A DNA stretch of 57,877 nt, filler included, from Sphacelaria rigidula (Eukaryota): NCBI GenBank assembly GCA_964200075.2. It is 3 parts of 3 records of this genome, joined end to end, with 100 filler letters (N's around TTAATTAATTAA, not from the genome) between each part and the next. Parts side by side here need not be neighbours in the genome. Positions count along the whole stretch, not along the records: positions 19,328 to 38,553 come from CAXNAA020000707.1; positions 38,654 to 57,877 come from CAXNAA020000708.1; 1 more part is not named here. The stretch is one strand, 5' to 3'. The stretch's first letter is position 1. The number at the start of each line of letters is the position of its first letter. Made by a program: the position numbers and the translations under genes. Shown here piece by piece: positions 33,476 through 46,700 of the stretch. The notes beneath the pieces were generated by a model. That model saw nothing but the letters and a program-made list of their open reading frames with translations, was not told the origin of the DNA and ran no database searches.

Positions 33476-35517
33476 GATAGAAAACACATTTGTGCCCTCG
33501 GCTTACTTTCTCCATTTATTTTTATTTGCTCGCTGTTCCTCCCTATTGCACCTCGTGATGGCGTCTATTTTTGTGTTCATTCTCCTTCTGATCAACGTAC
33601 CAGGGCGGGATTGGGTGTTTCATCGGTGTTTCAGGTCTACGGCATCAGAAAACGTGAGTGCAACCTGGTGCAACGTCTATTTTCTGACCACGGCTCGATT
33701 TCTATTACATAGGATCAGGTGGTGTGTGACAACAAGCCAGTCAAATTCATCAGTCAATCGGATCCTTGGCAGCTGTTATTGTGCCCACCTTCGCGAATGC
33801 GATGATTGAGAGCTAATCGATCACATCGCCTATACAGGTGGTGCTGGTAAAGTACTGACGCGTGTTCCTCGCAGGACAAAGTATGTACCACGTGGAGGGC
33901 CATCCAGCGGCACTTACTCCGCGCTGGAATTGTGAATACCGAAGAAAATTACCTCCCCTTCCCCTGCCTCCCGCCGGTTCCTGGTCTGGCGAAAACCCGG
34001 CGTGCTCCGTCCTGACTTTGTAGGGACGGACCCCCCATGAGGTTGGCGTCAGTTGGCAACGACACTGTAAAACACGCCACTCACTGCGTAAGCTAGCCGG
34101 TTTTTTTTCGCGGTCACCATGATGATGGTCGAGCTAGATCATATCGTGCGGGGTGAGAGAATCTCAATTCTGCGCAAAGGGAGTCGTTATACTTCGTGGT
34201 ATTTATATGGTGAGACGTTCATGAGGCAGTGTGTAAGCCGGGGCTGTCTCTGGAATTGGCAATACCAGAAAATGAAGCGAACCCATTGGAGGCTGTCATC
34301 CATATGCAAGATAATCAGTAGGCTTCGGGCCGAACAATCTTGGCAGGATGCAGCTCACCCTTCATGCGACCAACCGAACACATCCCGGTGCTTCTCGCCT
34401 GGAGGTTGATTGCGAGCCTAGCCCGGCGAACACCCAGCGTTCTCCGTCCCGGCTTTGTAGGGATGCGAGGTCAATGATCATATGACTATGGCATGCAAGA
34501 TCATGAGTACACCCCCCCGGAGGAGTAGGAACGGTGCTCCGTCTCGAAAGGGATGCGTGACCAATGGCCAAACGACTAAGGCAAGCAACACATGAGTACG
34601 CCTCCCCTCCCCCACCCGGAGGGAACAATTCGAGTTTTGGACACTCCAGAGTTGAAAATTCGAAGTACTGCACGAGAAGCTGGCCCAGCCTACGAACGAC
34701 CTAGGTGTGACCCTGGATCTCCCACCTCAGATTTGTGACTTATCGTGCTTTGAAATTTGCCAAGATAAAGAAATGGTTACTCTACATATGAGTGTTTTTC
34801 CCACAAGATGAGTTGAGGGCAAAAGCGAACATCGACTTTCCCCAAAACTTCCACAAGCAGCGGGTTCTCAAAATTGAGGATAGAGCTTACCATGGGGATG
34901 AGCAAGGTTCGGAATGGTGCGCGGAAACAGCATTCATATTTTTTTCGATAATATTTCGGTAGTTGTGGAGGGTACTGGTGCGGTTTTGAAGCGACCCCGA
35001 CCAAGCAAGGTGCAAGGATAAATAGGAGGGAAGTCAGTAACGGTCTGGAATGCTATCGTATAATCAAATACTAAACAATATTGATTCAGAGCTCCGTACA
35101 ATACAAAAAAACGTGCGTACTGCTCATACATCTGCGTATAGAAGGCCATACCCTACCCGATCTGCCCTTTGTTGACGCTTTTGTACTGACACGGGATGCT
35201 GAAAAATGGGAACAACATTTTCTGTGAAAATCGACTGAGGTCAAAATTGCGTCACAGTATTGCAACTAGTACGCGGTCCAACGTACCATTATACATATAG
35301 AAACTGGCACCACGTCAAACGTACCTTTGAATGTCCGAAGGGGCAAATATGCATATTTTTGCATCGAATAACCTTGTTCCCCCTTTTCAGGGGGAAACAT
35401 GATACGAACCCGGGCGCACCTTTGAAAGTCATGTGTACCTTGGGATAATGGCAAGAACACGTGCGCATGGCCAGTTCCGCATGACCAGTCCGACTATGAT
35501 CACCTGAATCACACTTT

Positions 35518-35775
35518 CACGGTTAGGACAAATCATCACGGGTTCGGATCACCAAATCCACGATTTCTTCGGCCTGATTGACAAAAAGGGAGAAGAAAGT
35601 TGACCGCTGGTCCAAGGGGTATCCACGCAATTTTTTTTTTATTCCACGTGTCTGGGCTGCGTGTACCTGGGTTGTAACGCTGAAAACAAAGCCTAGGAAT
35701 TGATTCGTACGATTCGAATCAATTACACTAAAGCCAGGTAATTTCCAGACGAATCATTGATTTGTCCGATCCTTG
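35518..35775 (+). mobile_element. MITE family B, copy 2
   Basis: TIRs GGTTAGGACAAATCA / TGATTTGTCCGATCC; ~180 bp is an inverted match to 38371-38547. Confidence 0.68.
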
Positions 35776-36480
35776 CACACTTTTAATCAGGGTCAGCACA
35801 ACAAACGCGGTGGACAGTGCAGTGCGGTGCAGTACAGTAACATGGTGTTGCCTTCTCTCTCAATACTCGTCACGTGGCCGACTTCCTTTCGTCTGCGTAA
35901 CCTCCCACTTTCCCGCCTCGAAAGTGAAAGCGCTCTTTATTGATTGGTTCAAATATCAAAGCTCGAAAGTCTTCGCTCGCCTGCGTCTCACCCATGTATA
36001 ATTCATTCTGGCAAGTTATGAAGCTAAAGCGCTCCCGCGTGGTGTACCAAGCCGCACACAGAGAACCATAGGTAGAGGGCGTGGCGTGTCCCGGAACAGA
36101 CAGCACCATGGCAACGGTATTATTGTGCCCTCGTGTTTTTTCGTTCTGTTTAGTTTTTCGATACCGCCATGTGCGCCGTGCCGTTTCTACACCATCCGTC
36201 CGCTGTTTGGAAAATCATGGAGAATTTGTCACCACGAGGGTAGGTGACATGTTTTCTCTATATTTATTTATTTATTTTTGTCACACTAAGAACCCCCCCC
36301 CCCTCCTCGGCACGAGTCCGTGGTTTCAAGGGATCAACCCATCTCTCCCCGGTACACGCCTTGCACTTTGGTTTCGCGGCATTGGATCATGACTATCAGC
36401 ACTACGGTCCGCTCACCATTCCGGGTCTTGCTCATCCTCAATGAAAGGCTCCATCCTCAATTTTGGAAATCGGCTGTAGT

Positions 36481-36629
36481 GAGCGTTTAGAATTTTATTT
36501 TGCAGTGATTTTAAACATTGGTTTTTCTTCTCTTTGCCGTAGTTGTGTATTTTGTGCCCGTTCATCATGATGACAAAGAAAAAAAAAAAACTCATCTGAA
36601 ATTGTTGCAAAATAAAATTTCAAACGCTC
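36481..36629. mobile_element. Short MITE-like element
   Basis: TIRs GAGCGTTTAGAATTTTATTTTGCA / TGCAAAATAAAATTTCAAACGCTC. Confidence 0.62.
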
Positions 36630-38370
36630 CCATAAGAGTTGGCCTTACGTCGTGAAAAAAATCTTCAGATCCAGCATGCATTTTTATTATTTCCCTGCGA
36701 TACTCCATACCAGTTTTCAAGTTACAACTCTCAACAGAGGTGGGCAATCCAGATTCAAGTCAGTATGAGATCGTGTGCGCGCCGGATCTTCGAATGTACA
36801 GCGAATGAGGTGAACGTGAGGGTACCAATCGTGTACCCGTGCTCCAAGAAATGTTCTCACCGAAAGTCAGCGTCATCCGCTCATTGTATTATGACAGCCT
36901 TTTGTATAGACTTTAGTACGGAGATATCTCCGTACGTGACGATATTTACTCGACATAGCGTTCAGTCAAAAAGTAATGATCTAATCGGGCTCATGAGAAG
37001 ATGGGCATCTGCCCCTTGATTAGACGTTGAATTAAATGTGCGGATCGCGGACTAATTCGTCTGCGCCGATTACGTTGGTGTGACAGCTTAACTCTTGGAC
37101 AGCAACTCCCCCGCAGGTGGACTGAGATGGACTATGCCGCATTCGGCGTTCAGAACAGCTGTTTTCTCGCTACACAAAACGCCCTTTTTAATAACATGTG
37201 GATGTGAGGCATCTGTAAAGAAAATATTTCCGGAGAACTCTTGACCGGTTTTGACCGTGCGGTCAACTGCGTTTAGAGTCAGTATGTGTGCTGCATGTCT
37301 CCGCTGAGAACAACGGCAAGGAATAGTCAGCGTGCCGTCGCTCTCCGCTGAACACAACCTACTGCATGATGCTGATGCGTCTGCTTAGTGTTCCACAGGA
37401 ACACCATAGAGTTATCCTGGCAACACATGAGGGTTCAGGCAGGCGGCACAAACCACGAGCGGAGTACAAAACACGTGATTTGTGCCCATGTAGCCTATGG
37501 TTGAATTGTCCTGACTAAAATGAAAAAGACGGCTAGACAGCGTATTCCACCTGTAGTCCACCGGCAGGGGGACAAAGTGACCATTTTGATAGCCGTGATT
37601 GGTCAGAATGGTTACTCCGCTCCTCTTGGACCTCATTCCTGGCTTATAATTTTCCGCGGCAAACTTCCAAACACACATGGTTGACTTGGTGAGCTCTCGG
37701 CTATTCTGCGAACAGGCCCCTTTCCCTTGTCAAAAACCACCGCCCCGCCCCCGGGACACCCCCAGGTGTCTCTGGACTGTCAGCCTGTGAAACTGTTCCG
37801 AGGCGACGCTCGGTGTCTAAGGGTGAAGAAATGTTTTTACCTGGCCCCGCTCGTACGAGGAGTCGATATCAGAGTGATGTATGTATTTTTTGTGTCTCTT
37901 CGTGTGTTGTTACCGTATGCCCTCCGCTTTCCTGGAGTGGCACAAGCTACCTAGGGCCGATCGTGCCCGAACACTTCAAGTTGTGAAACATCCCTGGAGG
38001 GATAAACACAACTTGGGGGCAAACCGAAGTCGCGGGAAACTAACTGCACGTGTAGGATAGAGCGTAGCGCGATGTTAGCTTTGCAGATCGAGAATGAGGC
38101 GCATGGTGTGCACACACCCGGGTTATTTAACTCTTTGGCCTTCGGCATTTTTTGGAATAGTATCGCCGGTCGACAATCTAACCACATCCCCACTCCAAGT
38201 TACACCGAGAACTCTCACGCAAGGGGGATGTATGTGAGTTCCCGGGCAATGTGTGTTTCGATAGATTTCGAATTGGTGCCGTAGGTGCCGGTTTGAGCAT
38301 GAACGCACCCTGCGCACGCCGGCTGGCTCCTAGGACTGTCAGCCCCGGAAATATCCGATCGCGATTGTTT

Positions 38371-38553
38371 CAAGGGTCGGACAAATCAATGATTCGCCTG
38401 GAAATTACTTGGTTTCAGTGTGATGAATATGAATCGTACGAATCAATCCCTAGGCTTTATTTTCAGCATTGCAACCCAAGCACACGCAGCCCAGACACGT
38501 GGAATGGCGCAAAAGTTGCGTGGGTACCCCTTGGACCAGCGGCCAACTCTTAT
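38371..38553 (-). mobile_element. MITE family B, copy 3 (cut by contig end)
   Basis: CAAGGGTCGGACAAATCAATGATTCG..CTGGAAATTAC..CCTAGGCTTT..GCAGCCCAGACACGTGGAAT..CCCCTTGGACCAGCGG is the reverse complement of 35600-35775. Confidence 0.7.
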
Positions 38554-38653
38554 NNNNNNNNNNNNNNNNNNNNNNNNNNNNNNNNNNNNNNNNNNNNTTA
38601 ATTAATTAANNNNNNNNNNNNNNNNNNNNNNNNNNNNNNNNNNNNNNNNNNNN
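38554..38653. other. Artificial assembly linker (N-run, TTAATTAATTAA, N-run; 100 bp)
   Basis: Same 100-bp structure as 19228-19327. Confidence 0.97.
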
Positions 38654-41600
38654 GGAGAGGTCACACGCGGGGACTGATTCCAGTACAAGTAGGTCTTCTG
38701 TAGTTCAATCGGTCTCATACGGTAGGTGCCCTTTTTTTTCGTGTAGATGTTTTTGTTTCTTGCTTTCTTCTGCGGGCTGGTTGGATTATGGGTATGGGTG
38801 GTATGCTCCTTGCACGCTGTGACCACGGGTTCGAGAGATCGAGCTAATGTGACGGATACAATAATAATATTATTAAAAATAATTGCGGCAGGCATTTGCT
38901 GGTGAGCGAAGTTTGGGTAACAGGCGTGAACGAGCCTGTACACACATGCACAAACACGAGTTTACTACAAACCACACATGGTGAAAAGCTAGCTCTTGGG
39001 TTGTGCACTTGAGCGAGGTAAACTCCTCATAACCGTCCTATCGTTTATTCACGCCATGAACGATCACTTTTGGATGTCTTGAAATAGATATATGTGTGTA
39101 TTCATGTTCATCTCCCGAAGTGAAGAAGGAAAATTGAAAGAATAACATGCGGTGAGGTCATCAGACTTTGTTTTTGTCGTTGGCGACTAAAGGCTCGAGG
39201 TTGGCTCACAATAATGACCACCCGTACCGCACTACAGTATCTACATAGTGCACGCGGCGCCAATAGCTGACCTTAAACTTCTCGAGGTCCTCTTCGTCAC
39301 TCGATTCACGCGGCGCCTTCGTTAGGGTCCGTTGCAGCACCATCTGTTACCGCGACCCTCCCCAAGACGAACGCGCCCCTCTCCGCGCCCGCCCGCCCGC
39401 CACTGCCGCCCTGCCAACAACAAATAAAATCGATCCCTGACCAATGCACTGCAACCGCTGCCTGTCCCTGGACAACAGCCCAACGAAACAGCGATCACAG
39501 ATCAACCAAGAGGCGTCACCAGTCAAAAACAATACGCGAAACCATCATGTTGAGAGCACACAAGGGGTGGCATATCTCACAGTCCAGGCACCACAGACCC
39601 CCCCCCTGAAGATATAGGTGAAGGTAGCATTATAGCACAGATGTCCCCTCACCCCTTTTGGCCTTACATAAATGTTTGACGAATTCGTCGAAAGCTGTGG
39701 TGAGAGCAACACGAAAGCTTGCAAGCCCTTGCGTTTGTTGCAAAGTGATCCAACGTACATAGACATCTGGATAGGTAAATTGATCCTTCTCCTACATCCT
39801 CCCTTCCTTGTAGGATGCGGCGCGGTCTGCAGAAAACCCCAAAAGTCAGTCGCTTCACTGGTGTTTTTTTTATGTCCACACCGATTTTTCAAGACATCTG
39901 ACTTGGGGTCAACTCGTACCAATATCTCGAAGACAGCGTACATCCTTGATGCGAGTCCCGGAACGAGCTTTCAACACGTCAACCAGATTCATTTATAAAA
40001 GTCTGACCACGTGTGGTAGCCTAAATCACATGAATTCGGAGTACCCCACCGCCTAGCAGAATTCGGGCTTACGTAAATTCTTTGTTTTTTGTGGGGCCTG
40101 ACCTGAGAGTTGTGCCGCACGTCGGAGCACACGGTGTGTTTCGGTATTGTAATGCATATCCAGGAAAAAACTAACGCGAGCACAAGGTCCTGATTCGGGA
40201 CACTCTAGTTGGCGAGCGCGGCTGCTTCCTGTAGAAGCGCGGAGACATAGGGGTAGACTAGGGGACTCTTGGGGCAATCATATCTTCGCTTGTCAACTTT
40301 GCTTGCAAAAAACATATTGAACAGGGTACAGGGATTTTTTAGGGTAAAACTTTAGGTGCGGGAAAAGCGCATTGAGCGCCAACGAAAGTAAGATAGCTCA
40401 TTACGGTCGTTGCATGTCGGATGTCGTGCTTTATTTTTCCTTCCGCTTCTCGTACTGCAGTAGTAGTAAACACGGTTGATGTATTCGTATCAATGACTGC
40501 ATGCAACGGGCAGTTACAGCCACACCGCTACAGTAGTGTCCGGAGCTACTACATACACAGTATTTTGACCGCACGAGAGGGGCCACACAGGGCGCAAAGC
40601 CTACGAACAGAGCAACAAGCATCTCCTCTGTCTGTCTTTTCCATGGTTGAGAGCTCATTGCCCAGATGGTTAAATGCGGCTTGGCTGTGAGGTATCTGTA
40701 TTTGCTATTTTGTAGGGGAACAAAATTACGGTATTGACCAATCCAGCCATCGAAATGGCCACTCTCGTCTCTTCGCTCTTCCGACTTGGTGCCCGACTTG
40801 GAATTTAAATTCGGAAACTTCCACATGGACATGGTTGAGTTCGTCAGCTTCTTGGCTGATCTGTGATCTGTCATCAGGCACCCCCCCCCGCCCCTCAAAA
40901 GCCACACCCCCCTCGCTCGCTGGAACCCCCTGAGTGTACGTACGACTATCGAGATCGTGATCCCCCGAAACTGTTCCTAGGCGAGGCTCATATTCGAAGG
41001 GTGAAGGTGCCCGATATAATACCACGATGACTGAAGTCCTCATCGCGGTAGCTAATGCACTCCCACAATATACAGTGTAATATGAGACAGAGAGCACACC
41101 AAACGTCATGCTTTCTCTGTCCGGGAACGAAGGTATACACTCTTAGAGTGCTACAATACACCACAAGATAAGCATCAAGCAGCGAGTATGGATGCACCAC
41201 ACACAAGACAGCGCAAGCACAGAGACATTATTATAGTACAGCACAAATTCCATTGGTATCCTTACTCGTACCGTACCGGCGGGTAGCTACCGAAACTCAG
41301 GGTGCAGTCGGTACAGAGCGGCTTGGAGTACGGAGTCGTCGCTGGTACAACAGAGTCAGGAGTGGCGTCCGACCACTCCTGCGACAGTCGACAGCTAATG
41401 TTCATATTCTTCATCGAGGTGTGTTTATTGTCAAGCCATTTGTGCATACACGCTTGTAGGTCACTTGCTATGATTTCGGGACAGTGTCCCGTACTACTGG
41501 GCTGTTGTGCCGTATAAGACTGTCGTAAAACCAGTGTTCTTCAACCGCACTCATGTCTGTAGTAACTACTATACGTACGTGGTGTCCCGAACACGAACTC

Positions 41601-42990
41601 TAGGTCAAGACACCAAAAGTACAGTGGTACCACACAAAAGTACCGAATTTCCACATATGCGGCAAATCAGTGGGGTGTCTCTGGGTGCGTATCGTGTCGT
41701 GATCGTGCCACCAAACTGTACTGTCCCTCGCTAAGCAGCCGCCTGCGCACGGACACCCTTTGCAGCCCACACGCGTCAAGAATATGTTCCACTACAAGGC
41801 TTAGAGAAAGCGGTGGTGTAGTGTTGTTGTGGATGTACGGTGCTGTGTTGAGGTCACCTCACGTCTGCCTGCTTCAAGGGTCCGCACGTCTGCGGGTTAT
41901 GAACCAATGCCACACGGTACAGCAGCTTCAGCCCTCTCTATCGCGAAACGGGCGATAGGCCGGACTGCAAGCAGCACAGTACATTGAGTAGCCAGTAGGG
42001 TAAGCTGTGCTGCTGAGTTGTCGGTGGCACTTGCTCGTCAATGAACGTTGCATCGATGCCATGGTTGACATTTCCAGACTGGTGCGTGGGAGTGCGCGTG
42101 TGATTGTACTTACATGGTACGCTTGTTGCTCACCCTCTCGTACAACAGGGCTGAAGTAGGCTATACATAACAGTACGATAACGGTAGAGCAACCGCCCTG
42201 TACAGCATCAGGAGAGTAATCAGGCTTGTCTCATCTACTGCGCTATTCGGTACCAGCTAGAGGATAAAGCGTACCTGAAGCTAGAGAGTAAGCGAACACT
42301 GCAGCAATCGGGAAAGGATATCTGATGTCATGCGATCATGCTGTCTGTTGTACTGTCCTCCTGTACTACTTGCTCCTGACGAACGAAACTGCTCGAGGCA
42401 CAATTGAACCGCTTCTCCAGCATTTGCCACTGCGCTCCCTGTTTCAGCTTGAATTACTCTCTTCCAGTGTACTATAATGAGAACGAACCATTGCTCTCAC
42501 CCTCTGAAAAGGAAGAAGGTTTGAGCTTAGTTAGTCTCACTCCTTGCCTGAGCTTAGCCACAAATATGCAATGAGCACTTCAGCATGTGTAGCCCGCCCC
42601 CCCTCCAACGTGCCAAGAGCTGTACGCCGACAACGCGGAAAGACGAATCTTTGGGTAAAAATCAGACCTCTATACCAGAATGTATGAGTCATTGCCCATT
42701 TACCGCTCGTGTACCACGCGTAGCCCTTCTGTTATAATCTATCTTGCGATCCTAGATCCAAGATTTTTTTAGTCAGGACTACTGTTCACACTGGATGTAC
42801 AGGCGAATGCCCTACTCCCAGTATAGTTGGCACCGTAAAGAGGAGGCTACGTACTGCACTTAGGCTGTGGTAGGATTCTTTCGCATGTTACGGAGTCTCT
42901 TGGCGGCGGTTGTGTACCACATCTGCTGGCGTACGGCACAAAAGAAACCTGTGGTGTTGCTGAGTGCCAAAAGGTAAAGATACTACGAGT

Positions 42991-43140
42991 ATGAGCAACT
43001 CTCTGTTCTTCGACTACCCATGCAACTCCAAGGGGGACAGCGACCGAGCGGCGACGGTAACTGATCTAGCATGGTGTAAGTCGGAGAATCTCCTCGCCTG
43101 TGCCCTCGACAGCGGTCGGGTGGCCATCTACCAAGACGAG
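42991..43140 (+). CDS. IFT140: IFT140 exon 1
   Basis: ATG start; MSNSLFFDY...DLAWCKSENLLACALDSGRVAIYQDE; donor GAG|GTAAGG. Confidence 0.88.
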
Positions 43141-43729
43141 GTAAGGTATACCCGGACGGTGCGCAAACCCGCTACTACAGTAGTAGGCAAAACGCGGAAG
43201 CTTAGTTTGCGGAAGGCGAGGTTCAATAAAGGCGACCCATCGTTGTCTAGCACTTGTAGGGTCAAGATATATATGAAGCCTCGGGCCAAGGTCATGTTCC
43301 CCACAAGCGGGCTGCGACCGTGCTGTCAGCATACACTCAGCAGCGCAGACGGTACAGCAGGAATTTCAGAAGGCAACTAACGTTCATCTTGTAATTTTTT
43401 GCTGCGTGCTGCTGCTGCTGCTGTGGATTCCGCGTCAAGAGGATTTTTCGGACAGCTTGCTCTATTAGGACGAGAGGGCTCATACCCGCAATCCTCAGGA
43501 GTCATACCATAATACCCCGTTTTGCCTGACAGAAGCCCGAGGGTGGGACGGAGGGATGGGGATGCGAGAAAGGGGCTACGCAGGCTGCGGCATCATTATT
43601 CACTATGTCGCAGTTGTGCTAGGCTATCATCCAAAGGGGAACAAGCGCCTGAGCACGACCCGGGCTGTACAGCTGTAAACCCTGGACATGTTTGTCATCG
43701 CCATCTTAGTGCACGATGTGTGTCACGCG

Positions 43730-43771
<42 letters not shown>

Positions 43772-46700
43772 GCACTCGTCTTGACCCCCTGTTGCTCCTG
43801 CGAAAAAGTTGAAATAATAGCACGGTCGCTAGCACATAGCAGGGCTGTGAACGCGCGTAAACTAGTGTCACACCCTCCCCCCCTCCCCTCCCCCGAGGGT
43901 GGGGAGAAACGGCTCCTGTGACAAAGTCGCGAGCCCCCTTGCTTACGAGGTAGGTGAGTACCCGGGATAATGTCGCTTGCGGACGCGGCCATTGAGACCG
44001 AGATTTCAGGATGGGTCTTGCGTTCTCTAAAAACAGCCGATCGTCGAGATGAAGATGGAGCTTTTCATGGAGGATGAGAACCCATAGGATTAAAATCTTC
44101 ATATCCACACCATTTTTTCGAAATATGGTTCCATTCCTTCATCTACTGGTAGCTCTTGACAAGTGAAATCCAAATTTGTATGACGTGTCGGATCATCTAA
44201 ATCCCCCCAAATTGGTTTTTTACCTAGGACCCCAACATTTCGGTAATCGAAATCATCATTTTTATGGCGTGTAGTAGTTGTCAAAAACTACCACCAGTAG
44301 GTGAAGGAATGGAACCATATTTCGAAGACTTGGTGTGGATACGAAGATTTTATTTCTTCGGGTTCTCATCCTCAATGGAAAGCTCCATCCTCGATTTCGA
44401 TGATCGGCTGTTTAAACCTGCTACTCCATTGGAAAAAATACAAAAACTTTTCCCAGCGTAATGCGCCGGTGGTAAGGAAGGAGCAAAAGGCGAATGCCTT
44501 GGCCACTGCCTGCGCATTCAGGGCCCTGTGTCTGTTTATCAGCATCGCGACGAGCTTGGAATGAGTAAAGTTGTCCATACCGCGGCGGGCTGGAGAAGAC
44601 GTTTCACACAAAATAGGTATAGTCATGTTGAAGCCTTTCCTCATTCTGCTGTCAATCACTGCGCAGGGAGCAGAGGTGGCAGCAGCATCCGTTGTCAGGG
44701 ACAATCGGCAGGGAGCAAGCGTCATGGACTGGTCGCCAAGGGGAAGGGTGAGCAAGCTCGTGCCACGTCTCGAGTACGCTCAGCGATCCGAGTTGAAGCT
44801 GACTTGTGTGGTGCCGTTGACTGAACCGCCCAGCAATAATCTGAGTCCGAGTGCCAGGGATAGAAGTGTGTACGTGCTGTAGTGTGCAACCCCAAATTAA
44901 TTTTGCCACTTTATAAGTCCTCTCTGCCATACGAAGTAAAGTCCATAATGTTCACACACGCCTTCAACGTTGTCGGATGCGTTACTGAGACGATGATTTT
45001 ATTCAAATATTTGGCGCTTTTCTTGTTGAAAAAAAGGATTTACATTTTTGTTCGCGCATGACTCTTCATGGGTGAACGGCTGGAAAACGTCCGTCGGCCC
45101 GAAATTGGCGGAATTCCGCCCATGTTGCGGGGAGGGGCGGGGGGCGGGGTGGAGGGTAATAAAAGATGGTCGTTTCTGCTTGTTGGCCGTCCGGAGCGCT
45201 GCGGCCTTCGTTGGAGTCTGAAGCGACGGTCACACACTCCGAGGTTCGTTTGAGAGGTCGAGTTCCCGCTTGTAATCTATTCTGAGCTTTGCAGTTTCTC
45301 GATAGTGTTATCGTGTACTCGGGAACAACGCCGCAGGGCTCGGTGAGCGGACTTCGAACGCCCCTCGGTACCCTTGAGTTGCCTGGCGGAATGGTCAGAG
45401 CTATCTCCACCGCCATGTAATATCGGCGACCCAGTGATACTTCGGCGCCCCGTTTACGACGTGGGGGGGGGATACGTGGGAGAGTCCATCGTGGTTGTGG
45501 TATGTAGTGGGCGGTTGAACGCCGAAAATCCAAAAGAAAATCGTAAAAGTCGGGAAAAAAAAAATGAAAATATCTTCAAAATAATCTCAACTTCTGGGCA
45601 ATTTCGTCATGAAAATTCTCAGTATGACTCGTTTTTAAAATGGGCATCTCTAACACTATATATTATTCAACAAATCTAGCTGTAGCACCGTGAACACTTC
45701 CGTTCAGTACCATGAACACTTCCGTTCAGTATCGTGAACACTTCCGCTGGGGCGATACGATCTGCATCCCATGAAGGACTGCATTTATGGCACGTAAGAT
45801 ATACCGCTGGTTGAAAATTTCTCGCGAGTAGTACGTTTAATAAACCCACATATAGCCTTCCCGAAGCGGCAGTCGTCCTTAGAGACAGTGGTTTGATCGT
45901 GCGATGACCAGCGTCGTTTCGGAATAGTACCGCCGGCTGACAGTCCGGGGCTTTCCAACGGGCGGTGGTTTTGGTTTTGAAGGTGGCGGGTGGGAAGCGT
46001 ACTCGTTTGTTGCTTGCCTTTGTCATTTGACCATTGACCACCCATCCCTTTCGAGACGGAGCACCGTTGAGGGTGAGAAGTGGGGGATCCCAAAATCTTT
46101 CAGATCAGCCGCACGTTTTTCGAGGAAATTTCCAAGTCTGGCAGCAGACCGGAAGGGAACGGAGTCACCATCTTGATGATTGTGATTTGTCACATGATTC
46201 ATTGTGTTTCCTTACAACACATCAGAACGACCTATCTGGCGGCCAAGAATTCTCGATCAATTGTGCGACGAGCACCCAATTATTGAAGCACACGAAAAGG
46301 GGATGTTCCTTTTTACTCCTTGTGCAGTCGTTGCGGCCTACCTCCCCCCTGCTGTGTCGGCAAGATTGCTGAACTTTTTTGTTGCAGAACACCAAGAAGG
46401 CGACAAAAACAGCGTGAAGTGTACTGTGTGCGGTGGAGAATGGTGGCACACCGATTGTTTTGTGCTGTTGTGTTCAGTCACCGATGAAAAAGTATGCACT
46501 TACAGTTCAGCAGCATTACAGGTAATTGAGTGTACTTTAGACGATGAGACATGCAGTGCAACATCAAAACACGCCCCCAGGGGTATCAGCACTGCCACGA
46601 AAGTATCGATGCTACAAACACCATTGCAGCGAGTAAGTCATATGCGTGTAGCAGCAGTAGTGGTAGCTAGCGTGCATCGTTTGCAAAGGATAAAAGCACG

